Below, in pieces: positions 1-10,398 of a stretch of 64,000 nt of DNA. The notes beneath the pieces were generated by a model. That model searched no databases and was not told where the DNA came from. It saw only the letters and a program-made list of their open reading frames with translations. Numbering within the stretch: position 1 is the stretch's first letter; each line of letters opens with the position of its first letter. A program made the translations under genes and the position numbers. This DNA is from a virus (lineage: Duplodnaviria > Heunggongvirae > Uroviricota > Caudoviricetes). Location of the stretch: IMG/VR virus record IMGVR_UViG_3300013099_000019; one strand, 5' to 3'.

Positions 1-246
1 GACTGTACTATTTTTAAAAAGATTAGAAGGAAAGTGACTAAAACATATGGAGACCCCGTAACAGAACTTTTTGAAATCAAGGAAAATTAATATGACTACA
101 TCTGAAATAGGATTAAAACTATTTATGTTTATATTTGTAGTATTACCAGTGATTTTAGCAGGAACTTTAGCTATAATAATAACAACTTTAATTTGTCCAA
201 CGTTACTTTTTAAAAATAAGCACTAAAATATTTAAGGAGGAAAATC

Positions 247-438
247 ATGCATGAAAAAATATTAAAAACTATAGACACACTTGCAAAAGAACAAAATGTG
301 TCTAAAGATGTATTTCAATGGCGTCCTCTTTTTTCTTGGCTTAAATTTATAGAATATTCATACCACTGGAAAAAATATAAATATTTTAGTACTGATTGGA
401 AACTTGTTAGAATTTACAGACTTAGGAGAAATAAATGA
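247..438 (+). CDS. hypothetical small protein
   Basis: ORF has an AGGAGG RBS at about 231-238. It starts the + strand gene train. Confidence 0.4.
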   Translation: MHEKILKTIDTLAKEQNVSKDVFQWRPLFSWLKFIEYSYHWKKYKYFSTDWKLVRIYRLRRNK

Positions 439-620
439 AAGGATACACTTTTATACATAATAATGTTAAACATGAAATTATTTCAGAACCTTTAGTAATA
501 CGAAGTACTATTGAAGATGGGCCTGACTATACAGTGGTTTTTATTAGAAATTGTCAAAATGGACTCCTTAAAAAAATAAGTACTGATTTTATTAAAGGTC
601 CTATAGATAAGGTAAAATAA
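435..620 (+). CDS. hypothetical protein
   Basis: ORF overlaps the upstream stop (ATGA), which fits translational coupling. Confidence 0.35.
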   Translation: MKGYTFIHNNVKHEIISEPLVIRSTIEDGPDYTVVFIRNCQNGLLKKISTDFIKGPIDKVK

Positions 621-1141
621 TGAAAGAGTTTAAAGATGTTAAATATAAAGTAGAACGTAAGGGCGATCCTACTATAAATCATTGTTTATTATTAGCAGGA
701 AATAAAAGTGTAGTAGCCATTGATGTGGATATTGAAGAAAAACATTGTACTATTGCTTACACTGGGGCTAATGGAGATACACCTTTAATTGGACTTTTAA
801 AAGCTAGTTCTGACGATAAAAAGTATAACCCAACAGAAATAATTTTTCCAGAATATAGAGGTTGGTCACTTTGGACAGCAAATATTAGTAGATATACAGT
901 AGCCATTTGTCTTATAAATCTTGACTACCTTAATAAAGAGGATTCTAAAAAATTACAGCTTATTAAAGAAGAACTTATAGGTAAAGAAGTGTGTATCTAT
1001 AATAAAAAAGTAATGACACATGGTAAATTAGGAACTGTAGTTAAGTACTTAAAAGAAAAATCCAAGTATAAAGTAAAATTTGAAGCTTCTTGGATAGGTT
1101 ATTACAAAAGAGAAGAATTAAGAACTCTAGAGGAAAAATAA
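620..1141 (+). CDS. hypothetical protein
   Basis: 173-aa ORF that abuts its neighbours directly. Confidence 0.45.
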   Translation: MKEFKDVKYKVERKGDPTINHCLLLAGNKSVVAIDVDIEEKHCTIAYTGANGDTPLIGLLKASSDDKKYNPTEIIFPEYRGWSLWTANISRYTVAICLINLDYLNKEDSKKLQLIKEELIGKEVCIYNKKVMTHGKLGTVVKYLKEKSKYKVKFEASWIGYYKREELRTLEEK

Positions 1142-1144
1142 ATT

Positions 1145-1354
1145 ATGGCACTACTTAAATTAGACTGTGTACATTCTGAAAATTTTAGAAGAACTTACTT
1201 GCTTAAAGCAGACAAAGAAGAAGACTTTTTAGAAGATTTATGCAAAAATTTAATGGAAAAATGGGAATGGATAACTGTAAGTAATTCCATGCCAGTTATT
1301 ATGGAACACTATCTTTTTTATACAGTAACAGTTACTGCAGGAATGTTGGTATGA
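1145..1354 (+). CDS. hypothetical protein
   Basis: 69-aa ORF in the packed gene array. Confidence 0.35.
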   Translation: MALLKLDCVHSENFRRTYLLKADKEEDFLEDLCKNLMEKWEWITVSNSMPVIMEHYLFYTVTVTAGMLV

Positions 1355-1884
1355 ACTACTTTTTCTCTTCGGACCATCATTTTTTCCATACAAACGTGCT
1401 TAAATTTTGTAACAGGCCTTTTAAAAATGTAGAAAAAATGAATTCAGAATTAATACTACGTCATAATGCAGTTGTCGGAAAAGAAGACGTAGTAGTAATT
1501 GTTGGAGATTTTTCTTTTGCTGATAAAAAGAAGACTTATGAAGAAGTAATTTCAAAGATGAATGGACAACTTATTTTTCTTCGTGGAAGTCACGATAAAT
1601 GGATGGGTAAAAGGGGAGCAGGTTTTCATGAAATTTGGGAGAAAAAATTAGGTAACTATTACATAGTAGCATGTCATTATGCAATGGCAAGTTGGCCAAG
1701 AAGTCACTATAATAGTTATCAATTATATGGACATCATCATGGAAGTCTTTCTTTTCCAAATAAATCTATGGATGTAGGTGTAGATACTAATAATTTTTAT
1801 CCTTATTCTTTGGATAATATAATAGAAATTTTAAATAAAAAACCGGAAACATCCGGATTAATTAAAAAAGTATTTGGTGAATAA
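1351..1884 (+). CDS. calcineurin-like metallophosphoesterase
   Basis: Carries the SDHHF (DxH), VGDFSF (GDxx) and GSHD (GNH[DE]-like) motifs in the canonical order. Confidence 0.65.
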   Translation: MNYFFSSDHHFFHTNVLKFCNRPFKNVEKMNSELILRHNAVVGKEDVVVIVGDFSFADKKKTYEEVISKMNGQLIFLRGSHDKWMGKRGAGFHEIWEKKLGNYYIVACHYAMASWPRSHYNSYQLYGHHHGSLSFPNKSMDVGVDTNNFYPYSLDNIIEILNKKPETSGLIKKVFGE

Positions 1885-1886
1885 AA

Positions 1887-2678
1887 ATGAAAAAAATAAC
1901 ATTTTTAGATAAAGGTATGTATAGTATAGATACAAATGAGTGGGCTTTTGTTAAACAAATAAAAGGTGGTTATGTAACTTTAGGTGATACTCAAACTTGT
2001 AAAGATTATACTCATGAAGCTATTTGTAATTCAATACATAAAAATAAAATAAAATCATTTTGTGGTTATAACGGTAATGCTGGAGTAGTTGTAGATAAAT
2101 TACAATTTGTAATGTTTTTTAGTAGTGATGATGATACTAAAAAAAGAGTAATTAGCACTAAACGTATGTTAAATTATATTGAAAGAAAAAATGGTTTACC
2201 TACTACAACAATTACTGAAGTTAAGATTGTAAGTAAAAATCATATAGAAAAAAATAAATTAAAAAGTGCTTTTGTATTTACTGCAGATAAAACATATATA
2301 GAATCTCCTGCACTTATGCATGGAATGTTTGCTTTTTTAAGAACAATGCATCTATATGGAAAGAACATAACGTATAAAAATACTCTTAAAATTTTAAAAA
2401 GTAAAAACATTAAAGATGCAGCAGTGTTAAAATATGTTTTAACTAATGATATTATGGGAATTCTTATTAGGAACCATCCAGCAATTATTAAAGGATTAAA
2501 TCTTAAACGTATTTACCCTAAAAAAGTTACTAATATTGTAAAAGGTAAAGGTGTAGCCTCATATCACGGTGGTTTTGGTATGGGAGCCTTAAGTATACAG
2601 CGTTTTGCCGTTAAAGTGTATGCAAAAAGAGTCTTAAAAGTACTTGATGATAATAAAATACAAAAAATAAAATGGTAA
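1887..2678 (+). CDS. hypothetical protein
   Basis: 263-aa ORF with no recognisable motifs. Confidence 0.5.
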   Translation: MKKITFLDKGMYSIDTNEWAFVKQIKGGYVTLGDTQTCKDYTHEAICNSIHKNKIKSFCGYNGNAGVVVDKLQFVMFFSSDDDTKKRVISTKRMLNYIERKNGLPTTTITEVKIVSKNHIEKNKLKSAFVFTADKTYIESPALMHGMFAFLRTMHLYGKNITYKNTLKILKSKNIKDAAVLKYVLTNDIMGILIRNHPAIIKGLNLKRIYPKKVTNIVKGKGVASYHGGFGMGALSIQRFAVKVYAKRVLKVLDDNKIQKIKW

Positions 2679-2693
2679 ATTTAGGAGTTTCTA

Positions 2694-2990
2694 ATGAATG
2701 CACAACAAAAAGATTTGTACAATTCTTATATAGCAGAGTTTAATAAGGCTTTTATGGCTACTGATCTTAAATATCTAAGGTTTGGTCAAGCTTTTTATAA
2801 TTGTTTTTATGGTTCCATTTATACTAAACCTAAGCCAGAATTATTTTACGAAGAAGACCGTACAAAAATAATTAAAATTATCTGCGCTGATATTGAAAAG
2901 TACATTCTTACAGGAAAAGCTGGAAATCCTGTTACAATTATGAAATTGCCAGAGGCTTCTTATGTCCAAAAAAAGAAAGAAAAAGGATAA
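2694..2990 (+). CDS. hypothetical protein
   Basis: 98-aa ORF with an AGGAG RBS. Confidence 0.45.
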   Translation: MNAQQKDLYNSYIAEFNKAFMATDLKYLRFGQAFYNCFYGSIYTKPKPELFYEEDRTKIIKIICADIEKYILTGKAGNPVTIMKLPEASYVQKKKEKG

Positions 2991-3086
2991 AAAAATAAAA
3001 TTTAGGATACCTGTACCTCCTCCTAATCAGACACATAAAGATAAAAATAAATATGATAGAAAGAAAAAACATAAGAAATTAACTAA

Positions 3087-3362
3087 TTGTTTTTAAATAT
3101 TATGGAAAAAGAAATACTATCAACTAAAGTAACACGTATAGGGAAAAAATTCCATTGTCGCCTGTACAATAAAGAAACTATACTTGACGAAATGGCTTGT
3201 AATAGTAAAAAAGACATTGGTTTTTGTATAGCATATATGTTGAAGTGGTACGACAAACTTGGAGGAAATAGTCAGATGGCCATGAAATCCCGTTCACGGC
3301 AAAGAAGTAAGTCCTCTGAAACTTTTGGTAAAATTTGGTATAAAAAAGATTTGGAGAAATAA
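3087..3362 (+). CDS. hypothetical basic protein
   Basis: 91-aa ORF with a Lys/Arg/Ser-rich C-terminus. Confidence 0.4.
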   Translation: MFLNIMEKEILSTKVTRIGKKFHCRLYNKETILDEMACNSKKDIGFCIAYMLKWYDKLGGNSQMAMKSRSRQRSKSSETFGKIWYKKDLEK

Positions 3363-3527
3363 ATGCAGTTATTTATGGCAATAATGGCTTTATGTTTAGT
3401 AGTTTTAATGTGTCTATTCTTTATAGGAGTAGTATTACAACTATTAGGTGTAATGTTATCTGCACCGGTATGGGTTTATATAGTAATAGCTATTGGATTT
3501 GTACTATTTCCAAAAATAAAAAAATAA
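3363..3527 (+). CDS. small hydrophobic membrane peptide (54 aa)
   Basis: I translated an ORF MQLFMAIMALCLVVLMCLFFIGVVLQLLGVMLSAPVWVYIVIAIGFVLFPKIKK. It is absent from the ORF track because it is under 60 aa. It is strongly hydrophobic and fits the inter-ORF gap. Confidence 0.35.
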   Translation: MQLFMAIMALCLVVLMCLFFIGVVLQLLGVMLSAPVWVYIVIAIGFVLFPKIKK

Positions 3528-3536
3528 AGGAGAATT

Positions 3537-3917
3537 ATGTACACGCCAATAGTAGAAAATTTAAAAGGCATGGCTTATGTAGAAGATCTAGATGCCTTTG
3601 AAAATTTCGTTATGGATTTTTATATCATTGATAATGCTGTTTTTGAAACTATAGAAGATTGGTATGCTTTCTTTTGTGAAGGAGAAGATAATTTTAATTT
3701 TTTAAGCAATGACTTTGACATCCTTCAATTAATTGAAGATTTGAATGAAGATATAGTTCCAAAATCTTTTCCAGCTATGATTATGTTTGATTTTGAGGAG
3801 TATTCCATAATACACACAATGAGAGATGAAGTGTTATTTAAGTCTGTTTCTATGGCCGAATTAGATATTAAAAAAATAGAAGTAAGAGAAAATAGCTATT
3901 CTGTAGCTTTTGTTTAA
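3537..3917 (+). CDS. hypothetical acidic protein
   Basis: 126-aa Asp/Glu-rich ORF with a GGAG RBS. Confidence 0.45.
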   Translation: MYTPIVENLKGMAYVEDLDAFENFVMDFYIIDNAVFETIEDWYAFFCEGEDNFNFLSNDFDILQLIEDLNEDIVPKSFPAMIMFDFEEYSIIHTMRDEVLFKSVSMAELDIKKIEVRENSYSVAFV

Positions 3918-3981
3918 AGGTTAATTATGAAAACTTTATCTGAATTACAAAGTAAAATAGAACAAGAATTTAAATTAACAC

Positions 3982-4206
3982 TTGAATTTAAATTTAAAAA
4001 AAAATACTAAAGATTCAAGTAAAAAAATGTTAGACAATTTTATCAATAACTATCCTAAGTACGATGTAGTAAAACTTTTAATTTTTTATGGTTGGCATGG
4101 AAACAATACAAGTCTTGTTATAAAATCTGAAATGAGAGATAATTGTACAGATTGTGCTCTTGACTTTATACATAAATTTTCAAATAATTTAATATTTAAT
4201 TTATAA
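3982..4206 (+). CDS. hypothetical protein
   Basis: 74-aa ORF. Confidence 0.3.
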   Translation: MNLNLKKNTKDSSKKMLDNFINNYPKYDVVKLLIFYGWHGNNTSLVIKSEMRDNCTDCALDFIHKFSNNLIFNL

Positions 4207-4214
4207 GGCTATTT

Positions 4215-4625
4215 ATGGAAACAAAACAAGTTATAGTAGTAAGAAAAGATTTAAATATGCGAAAAGGTAAGATGTGTGCTCAGGTTGCACACGCATCTTT
4301 TGGAATATTTCATTCAATAATGACAGTTTCTTCTTGGGGACCAAAAGAAAGTAAGTGGAGAGACTATAGTTTTAAAGTTAAAGAAGACGAAGACATTGAA
4401 CATTGGTTGCTCACAGGTACAAAAAAGATAGTTGTAAGTGTAAATTCAGAAAAGGAGCTTTTAGAGCTGTACAACAAAGCTCTTGAAGAAAATATACTTG
4501 CTTATCTTGTAGTAGACGCAGGATTAACCGAATTTAAAGGTGTTTCTACAAAAACTTGTGTAGCTATAGGACCAGCTGAAGAATGGAAAATAGACAACAT
4601 AACAAAGCATTTAAAGTTACTTTAA
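4215..4625 (+). CDS. PTH2-family peptidyl-tRNA hydrolase
   Basis: N-terminal block VIVVRKDLNMRKGKMCAQVAHAS matches the PTH2 signature (VVRxDLxMxxGKxxAQxxHA). Confidence 0.65.
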   Translation: METKQVIVVRKDLNMRKGKMCAQVAHASFGIFHSIMTVSSWGPKESKWRDYSFKVKEDEDIEHWLLTGTKKIVVSVNSEKELLELYNKALEENILAYLVVDAGLTEFKGVSTKTCVAIGPAEEWKIDNITKHLKLL

Positions 4626-4635
4626 GGAGTAAGTA

Positions 4636-5001
4636 ATGAATGTAGAAAGTCCATCAAGTTGTATACATTTAGTAGAAGATAGTTATATAACAGTAGACAA
4701 AGAAAAAGTATATAGAACTGTATGTAACCATAAAAATTATTTTAAAAGTTTTAAAGATGCTTATTATCACAATTGAAAAGTAACCAAAAAAATAGTAACA
4801 TGTAAGCGTTGTCTTGCTATAAATAAAGAAACTATATTATACAGTGATACACAATTACTTGATTTTTTAGAAAAATTAGTTACTAATTTTAATGATATTC
4901 ATTTAGCAAAAGATAAAGAGGGATTCTATTTATACAATAAGCTTTGGATTAATGATAATAATTTACGTAATATTTTAACTAATTTAAAAAATAGAGAATA
5001 A
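4636..5001 (+). CDS. Cys-rich small protein interrupted by an in-frame TGA (readthrough, recoding or pseudogene)
   Basis: ATG at 4636 follows the RBS AAGGAG. An in-frame TGA sits at 4774-4776. The same frame then continues open to a TAA at about 4999-5001, one base before the next gene at 5003. The downstream half (KVTKKIVTCKRCLA...) has no start codon of its own. Confidence 0.3.
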
Positions 5002-5002
5002 C

Positions 5003-5802
<800 letters not shown>

Positions 5803-5803
<1 letters not shown>

Positions 5804-6159
5804 TGTCTATAAAAGATAGTATAAACGAAGTAGTACTTGAACTTTTGATTTTTTCTGTATTTGCTTTTATGCCTAATAATTTATTTTGTTATTATATAGC
5901 TATACTGCTTATTACATTATTAATAGGAGTTTGTATTTTTGATATGACTTTTGTTCCAATAATACAAAATATGGATGAAGATACACCCTTATTTTTAAAA
6001 ATTATTTCAAAAATTATACTATATAGTATTTTTATTATTTTGATTTACACAAAAGAATACGCTATGCTAACTTTTTTAACACTAGCTTGTTTATACATAA
6101 CTCTAACTTTAAAAATTGAGAGAAAAAGCCATGGAAATAGTACAACACCAAGTAATTAA
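5803..6159 (+). CDS. hypothetical multi-pass membrane protein
   Basis: Several hydrophobic stretches; starts on an ATGA overlap with the upstream gene. Confidence 0.45.
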
Positions 6160-6367
6160 TTTGACTTCCCGTAGTAAAAAAGGTAAAGAAAGGCTTAAAC
6201 GAGATGGAGAAAAACAATGGTATGTTTTAGGCATTGAAGATAGCGTACTATTTTCTACAGAAAAAGGGCCCTGGTTACATCTTGTAAAAGTTGGAGCTTT
6301 TAAAGCTAATACAGCACGTTGGGTTCATCAAACAAATGATCCAGATTTTAAAATTGTAAAAGAGTAA
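6116..6367 (+). CDS. hypothetical protein, tandem paralog A
   Basis: Shares K[EG]RLKRDG.K.W.VL....VLFS.EKGPWL....NDP.F.IV with the next ORF. The start may instead be the ATG at 6131. Confidence 0.45.
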   Translation: MREKAMEIVQHQVINLTSRSKKGKERLKRDGEKQWYVLGIEDSVLFSTEKGPWLHLVKVGAFKANTARWVHQTNDPDFKIVKE

Positions 6368-6370
6368 AAT

Positions 6371-6610
6371 ATGAAAATATTACGAAACCATATTTTAAAT
6401 CTAAAAACAAAAAACAAAAAAAGTAAAGAACGTTTAAAACGTGATGGAACTAAAGGGTGGCGTGTCCTTGAAGTAAAAAACACAGTATTATTTTCTTTAG
6501 AAAAAGGTCCTTGGTTACGTATCGAAAAAATTAAAAAAAATAATATTAGAATTACTCGTTGGATACATCAATATAACGATCCTAACTTTGGTATAGTTGA
6601 TGAAATTTAA
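6371..6610 (+). CDS. hypothetical protein, tandem paralog B
   Basis: Clear sequence similarity to the ORF at 6116-6367, indicating a tandem duplication. Confidence 0.45.
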   Translation: MKILRNHILNLKTKNKKSKERLKRDGTKGWRVLEVKNTVLFSLEKGPWLRIEKIKKNNIRITRWIHQYNDPNFGIVDEI

Positions 6611-6845
6611 CCAGTGTAAAGGTAACAGACTACATAAGCAATTTATATGGATAACTACTTTTAGTAATCTTTGGTGGAGTTATAAAGCTGACATGTGGGT
6701 AAAAGACCCTGTAGATTGTGTGTATAGTTCTACAAAAAGATGTAAAAGTTTAAAAGCTTTTAAAAGACACTTACGAAAACATCCTGAAATTAGAAGTAAA
6801 GCATTACTTGTTTCTAAATTTAAAGGGTATGATATTGAGGGGTAA
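6597..6845 (+). CDS. hypothetical protein
   Basis: 82-aa ORF. Confidence 0.35.
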   Translation: MMKFNQCKGNRLHKQFIWITTFSNLWWSYKADMWVKDPVDCVYSSTKRCKSLKAFKRHLRKHPEIRSKALLVSKFKGYDIEG

Positions 6846-6848
6846 TAA

Positions 6849-7037
6849 ATGCGAAGACAAGAAATGATGAATGCTTGTCCAGAAGAATTTAAAGAAGAAT
6901 TTGAAGAAATATTAAATTCTATCGAAAGCAGGGTAGTAGAAATACATGAAGGGCTGGAAATTAAAGGCGTAGAAGATTTACATCAAATTGAAAATGCTAA
7001 AACTCTTTGTGGAGACTTAGCCACAGATTTATATTAA
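6849..7037 (+). CDS. hypothetical protein
   Basis: 62-aa ORF. Confidence 0.3.
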   Translation: MRRQEMMNACPEEFKEEFEEILNSIESRVVEIHEGLEIKGVEDLHQIENAKTLCGDLATDLY

Positions 7038-7047
7038 AGGAATTAAA

Positions 7048-7611
7048 ATGCAAGAAATTATGAACATTAAAGATTTACCTAAAGAATGTATGTTTTTTGG
7101 CTATGGAAGTCTCATGTATTATTCAGGTATTAATGGTAGAGGCTTATGGCATCTTTATCGTAGTAATAAAGAATTAATACCTGTAACAGTAGAGGGTTTA
7201 AAAAGAACAATGTCTGCTGAAGCAGTAGTTAATCATTTTGGAGATACTGCTCGTTTTTATAGTGTTAGTATAAATAAAAAAGAAAAAGTATTCGGAACTA
7301 TCTTTAAAGTACACTCATTGTTTGATCTTAAAGCATTACTTTACAATGAAGGTGCCAGACCTATGCATAAATTTGGGCATTATCATTTATATGATATTAC
7401 AAAGCATGTTAAATTAGGAAAAGATAATAACTTAAGAGTATTTACATTAGTTTGTGAAGAACTTAAAGATGATCCTAAAAAATACTATCCTGGCTATATA
7501 GCAAGAGTGTATAAAAGTATGCCTAAAAAATATAGAGATGAATTTACCAAAACTGGGGGTATTCATCCAGATGCAATAGCTAAAGTTAATAATTATTATA
7601 TGTATGGATAA
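7048..7611 (+). CDS. gamma-glutamyl cyclotransferase-like (GGCT/ChaC-like) protein
   Basis: N-terminal MFFGYGSLM matches the YGSL motif of the GGCT/ChaC/AIG2 fold. Confidence 0.5.
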   Translation: MQEIMNIKDLPKECMFFGYGSLMYYSGINGRGLWHLYRSNKELIPVTVEGLKRTMSAEAVVNHFGDTARFYSVSINKKEKVFGTIFKVHSLFDLKALLYNEGARPMHKFGHYHLYDITKHVKLGKDNNLRVFTLVCEELKDDPKKYYPGYIARVYKSMPKKYRDEFTKTGGIHPDAIAKVNNYYMYG

Positions 7612-7614
7612 AAT

Positions 7615-7836
7615 ATGAAAATAAATAAATGGTTAAGTATTAAAAAAGAAAAAGAATATCCATGGCCATGTAAGGCTGAATCTGAAAGAACAATACTTTT
7701 ATTTAAGGATGATGTGTTAACAAAAAATGAAGAAGGTACTTACACAAAACATACTGGTTTATGTTGTTTTGGTATAGAAATTCCTGATAAAGACATTGTC
7801 AAACATGTTAAACCAGCACATTTAGTATTAATTTAA
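7615..7836 (+). CDS. hypothetical protein
   Basis: 73-aa ORF. Confidence 0.3.
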   Translation: MKINKWLSIKKEKEYPWPCKAESERTILLFKDDVLTKNEEGTYTKHTGLCCFGIEIPDKDIVKHVKPAHLVLI

Positions 7837-7850
7837 CTACAGGTAAAGTA

Positions 7851-8042
7851 ATGTTTGGAATTAATTTTGAAGAAAATACAAAAAATATTTGTGACGAAAT
7901 TAAAAAACAAAATGATGCTACCACTTCATTTGTTAAAGAAGTTAAAGAGTACTTTGAAGCTGTTCCGCCATGGTTTGTATGGGATGATAAATCAGATGCT
8001 TTAAGGACAAATATTTTAAATAAAATTGATACTTATTTATAG
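7851..8042 (+). CDS. hypothetical protein
   Basis: 63-aa ORF. Confidence 0.3.
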   Translation: MFGINFEENTKNICDEIKKQNDATTSFVKEVKEYFEAVPPWFVWDDKSDALRTNILNKIDTYL

Positions 8043-8063
8043 GACTAAAATATTTAAAAAAAA

Positions 8064-8128
8064 TAGACTTTACAACTGGTAGTTGTTCCTTAAAAATAAG
8101 GAGGTTGGTTCAATCCCAACAGGTCTAA
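8064..8128 (+). ncRNA. degenerate tRNA-like element (acceptor + D + T arms, aberrant anticodon arm)
   Basis: 5' tagactt pairs with 3' aggtcta (7 bp, one G-U). The T arm gttgg-ttcaatc-ccaac is identical to the T arm of the tRNA-like gene at 42823. The D stem is caac/gttg. The anticodon region (tcctt aaaaat aagga) has a 6-nt loop and the variable region is only 1 nt. Confidence 0.4.
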
Positions 8129-8144
8129 AAGAAAGAGGAAAATA

Positions 8145-9494
8145 ATGATAGAACAAGAAATAACATCAAAACTTGAAGAAGCAGGTTTTGAAGTATATAT
8201 TGTAGGTGGAGCAGTACGTGACTTTATTTTAGGAGAAATTCCTAAAGATTATGATTTTGCTACAAATGCTAAACCAAATGAAGTTATTAGAATTTTTAAT
8301 GATAAAAAAATATGTGTTGTAGGTAAGTCTTTTAAAGTAGTATTAGTTAATGATGTAGAAATTGCTACTTACAGGAAAGATTTACAGGAAGTAATGTTTA
8401 ACCCTAAACATTGTAAGCCTGAATATGCTAAAAATATTACAGAAGATCTTGAACGTAGAGACTTGACTATAAATGCAATGGCTATACAAGTGCATAAAAC
8501 GCTCCTAAATGAAAGAGTTATACTTGACCTACATGGTGGTATAAATGATTTAAATAATGGTGTTATACGCCTTGTAGGTGATCCTTACACTCGTTTAAAT
8601 CAAGATCCGTGTCGTATATTAAGAGCTTGTAGATTTCTTGCTAAAATAGAAGGAACATTTGAAGCAGAAACTTTTAAGGCTTTACAAGATTGTGCTCATT
8701 ATATTAAATCTTATGTTGAGCCAGAACGTATCCGTATAGAAATACTTAAAGCTATGGAACTTAAAGTACCTTCTTTATTTTTTAGTGCTCTACACTTAAT
8801 TGGTGGTTTAAAATATATTTTTCCAGAGTTAGACAAATGTTTTCAACATGATCACGGTAAATATCATAAAGAAAATATAGGCGAACATTGTATGCATGCA
8901 GGAGATGTAGTATCTTCTAGATTTCCTTTACTTCGCTTGGCCGCTTTTTTACATGATGTTGGAAAACCTAAAGCATTTAAGAAACAAGGTGATGGAAGTT
9001 TTATATGTCATGAACTTTATGGAGAAAAAATTGTTATAGAAAGATTACAAAATTTAAAATTTTCTAATAAAGAAGTAGCAACTATAGCCAATCTTGTAGG
9101 TTCACATATGCTTCAATGCAGAAGTTTAAAAGCTAAAGGTATTAGACGCTTACATAAAAAATTAGCAGATAAAAAAGTAGATTCACGTTCCTTTATCCGT
9201 TTAAAACTTGCGGATAGATCTTCTAATATGGCTAAAGATGCTAGTCGTTTTACACCAATTAAAGAATTAATAGTAAATGCCGGAATTCGTGGCTATAAAG
9301 AAGAAATACCTTTTACTGTGAAGGAATTAACAATTTCTGGTGGAGAATTAATTGATTATTTTAATCTAATACCTGGACCTATAGTAGGTAATCTTCAAAA
9401 ATATCTTTTAAACTATGTAATAGAAATGGGAGAAGAGTTTAACACTAGAGATATTCTATTAAAAGAAGCAAAATTAATATTAAAAACTATATAA
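8145..9494 (+). CDS. cca: tRNA nucleotidyltransferase (CCA-adding enzyme) with HD domain
   Basis: N-terminus YIVGGAVRDFILG...DYDFAT is the class-II nucleotidyltransferase head. Downstream HD-type His/Asp motifs (HDVGK) follow. Length is 449 aa. Confidence 0.8.
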   Translation: MIEQEITSKLEEAGFEVYIVGGAVRDFILGEIPKDYDFATNAKPNEVIRIFNDKKICVVGKSFKVVLVNDVEIATYRKDLQEVMFNPKHCKPEYAKNITEDLERRDLTINAMAIQVHKTLLNERVILDLHGGINDLNNGVIRLVGDPYTRLNQDPCRILRACRFLAKIEGTFEAETFKALQDCAHYIKSYVEPERIRIEILKAMELKVPSLFFSALHLIGGLKYIFPELDKCFQHDHGKYHKENIGEHCMHAGDVVSSRFPLLRLAAFLHDVGKPKAFKKQGDGSFICHELYGEKIVIERLQNLKFSNKEVATIANLVGSHMLQCRSLKAKGIRRLHKKLADKKVDSRSFIRLKLADRSSNMAKDASRFTPIKELIVNAGIRGYKEEIPFTVKELTISGGELIDYFNLIPGPIVGNLQKYLLNYVIEMGEEFNTRDILLKEAKLILKTI

Positions 9495-9501
9495 AGTAAT
9501 T

Positions 9502-9951
9502 ATGAACTATTTAATACTGACTTTAGTTGTACTTAATTTGTCCTCAAATTTTACTGATATAAATACTATTAATATTGAAACAGAGTTGGAATGTTTAACA
9601 AAAAATATATATTTTGAGGCGAGAGGAGAAGTAGAGGAAGGACAAACAGCTGTAGCACAAGTAACTCTTGAAAGAGTACGTTCCAAAACATATCCAAATA
9701 CTATTTGTGGTGTGGTTAAAGATCCAGGACAATTTTCCTGGTTATGGGATAAAAAATCAGATATAATGACAAATGAAAAAGCTAAAAAACAAGCTTACTC
9801 AATAGCTGTTGATACTTTACTTGGTAAATATCAAAATAAAGTTGTAGGAGCTCAATCTTATCATAATACTTCTGTAAAACCTTATTGGACAAAAAGTATG
9901 GTAAAAGTAGCACAAATAAATAATCATATTTTTTATAAAAAAAGAAAATAG
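9502..9951 (+). CDS. SleB-like cell wall hydrolase (candidate endolysin), secreted
   Basis: N-terminal hydrophobic signal. NIYFEARGE...GQTAVAQVTLERV...TICGVVKDPGQFSW matches the Hydrolase_2/SleB core. Confidence 0.65.
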   Translation: MNYLILTLVVLNLSSNFTDINTINIETELECLTKNIYFEARGEVEEGQTAVAQVTLERVRSKTYPNTICGVVKDPGQFSWLWDKKSDIMTNEKAKKQAYSIAVDTLLGKYQNKVVGAQSYHNTSVKPYWTKSMVKVAQINNHIFYKKRK

Positions 9952-9984
9952 TAGTGAATTAATTTAAATTTATAAGGAGATTTT

Positions 9985-10398
9985 ATGGAAATATTCTGGT
10001 TCCTACTTTTGGGACATCTTGTAGGGGATTATCTTTTACAAACATCTGTTATGGCTTATAATAAAAAAATACAGTTTTTACCTTGTTTTAATCATTGTGT
10101 AGTTTATACTCTAACTGTTAGTATAGCATTAGTAGTTTGTCCAGCAATAAATACAGTACCAATTTCTTTAATGTTTTGGATTTTTATGTCACACTGGATT
10201 CTTGATAGGTATGAATTACTTGATTGGTGGTTTAAACACTTAAATGTTAGATCTTGGAATAGTATAGATGCTAAATTAGATGATACAACTTTGGTACATC
10301 AAGCTGTAGCTATATCTTTTGGCTCTATCGTATATACTGTTGCTGATAACACTCTACATCTTATAATGATGACAGGTTTACTATATTGGTACTACTAA
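9985..10398 (+). CDS. hypothetical membrane protein
   Basis: Three or four hydrophobic segments. The GHLVGDYLLQ motif is typical of small phage membrane proteins. Confidence 0.45.
   Translation: MEIFWFLLLGHLVGDYLLQTSVMAYNKKIQFLPCFNHCVVYTLTVSIALVVCPAINTVPISLMFWIFMSHWILDRYELLDWWFKHLNVRSWNSIDAKLDDTTLVHQAVAISFGSIVYTVADNTLHLIMMTGLLYWYY

Noticed and set aside
1571-1759. Minus-strand ORFs nested inside + strand genes: 1571-1759, 12223-12528, 15993-16196, 16624-16854, 16930-17157, 17889-18382, 18578-18895, 21058-21240, 22732-22974, 24141-24449, 24722-25115, 27472-27732, 32389-32589, 34099-34431, 34865-35050, 35296-35580, 36658-36894, 37141-37335, 38644-38841, 44522-44752, 45010-45279, 47309-47653, 48895-49080, 50930-51190, 54553-54753, 55671-56241, 56798-57016, 59981-60184.
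   Set aside because: Each lies entirely within a longer, motif-supported, RBS-preceded + strand gene in a strictly co-oriented array. Their translations are low-complexity Phe/Ile/Leu/Ser strings typical of antisense frames in AT-rich DNA.
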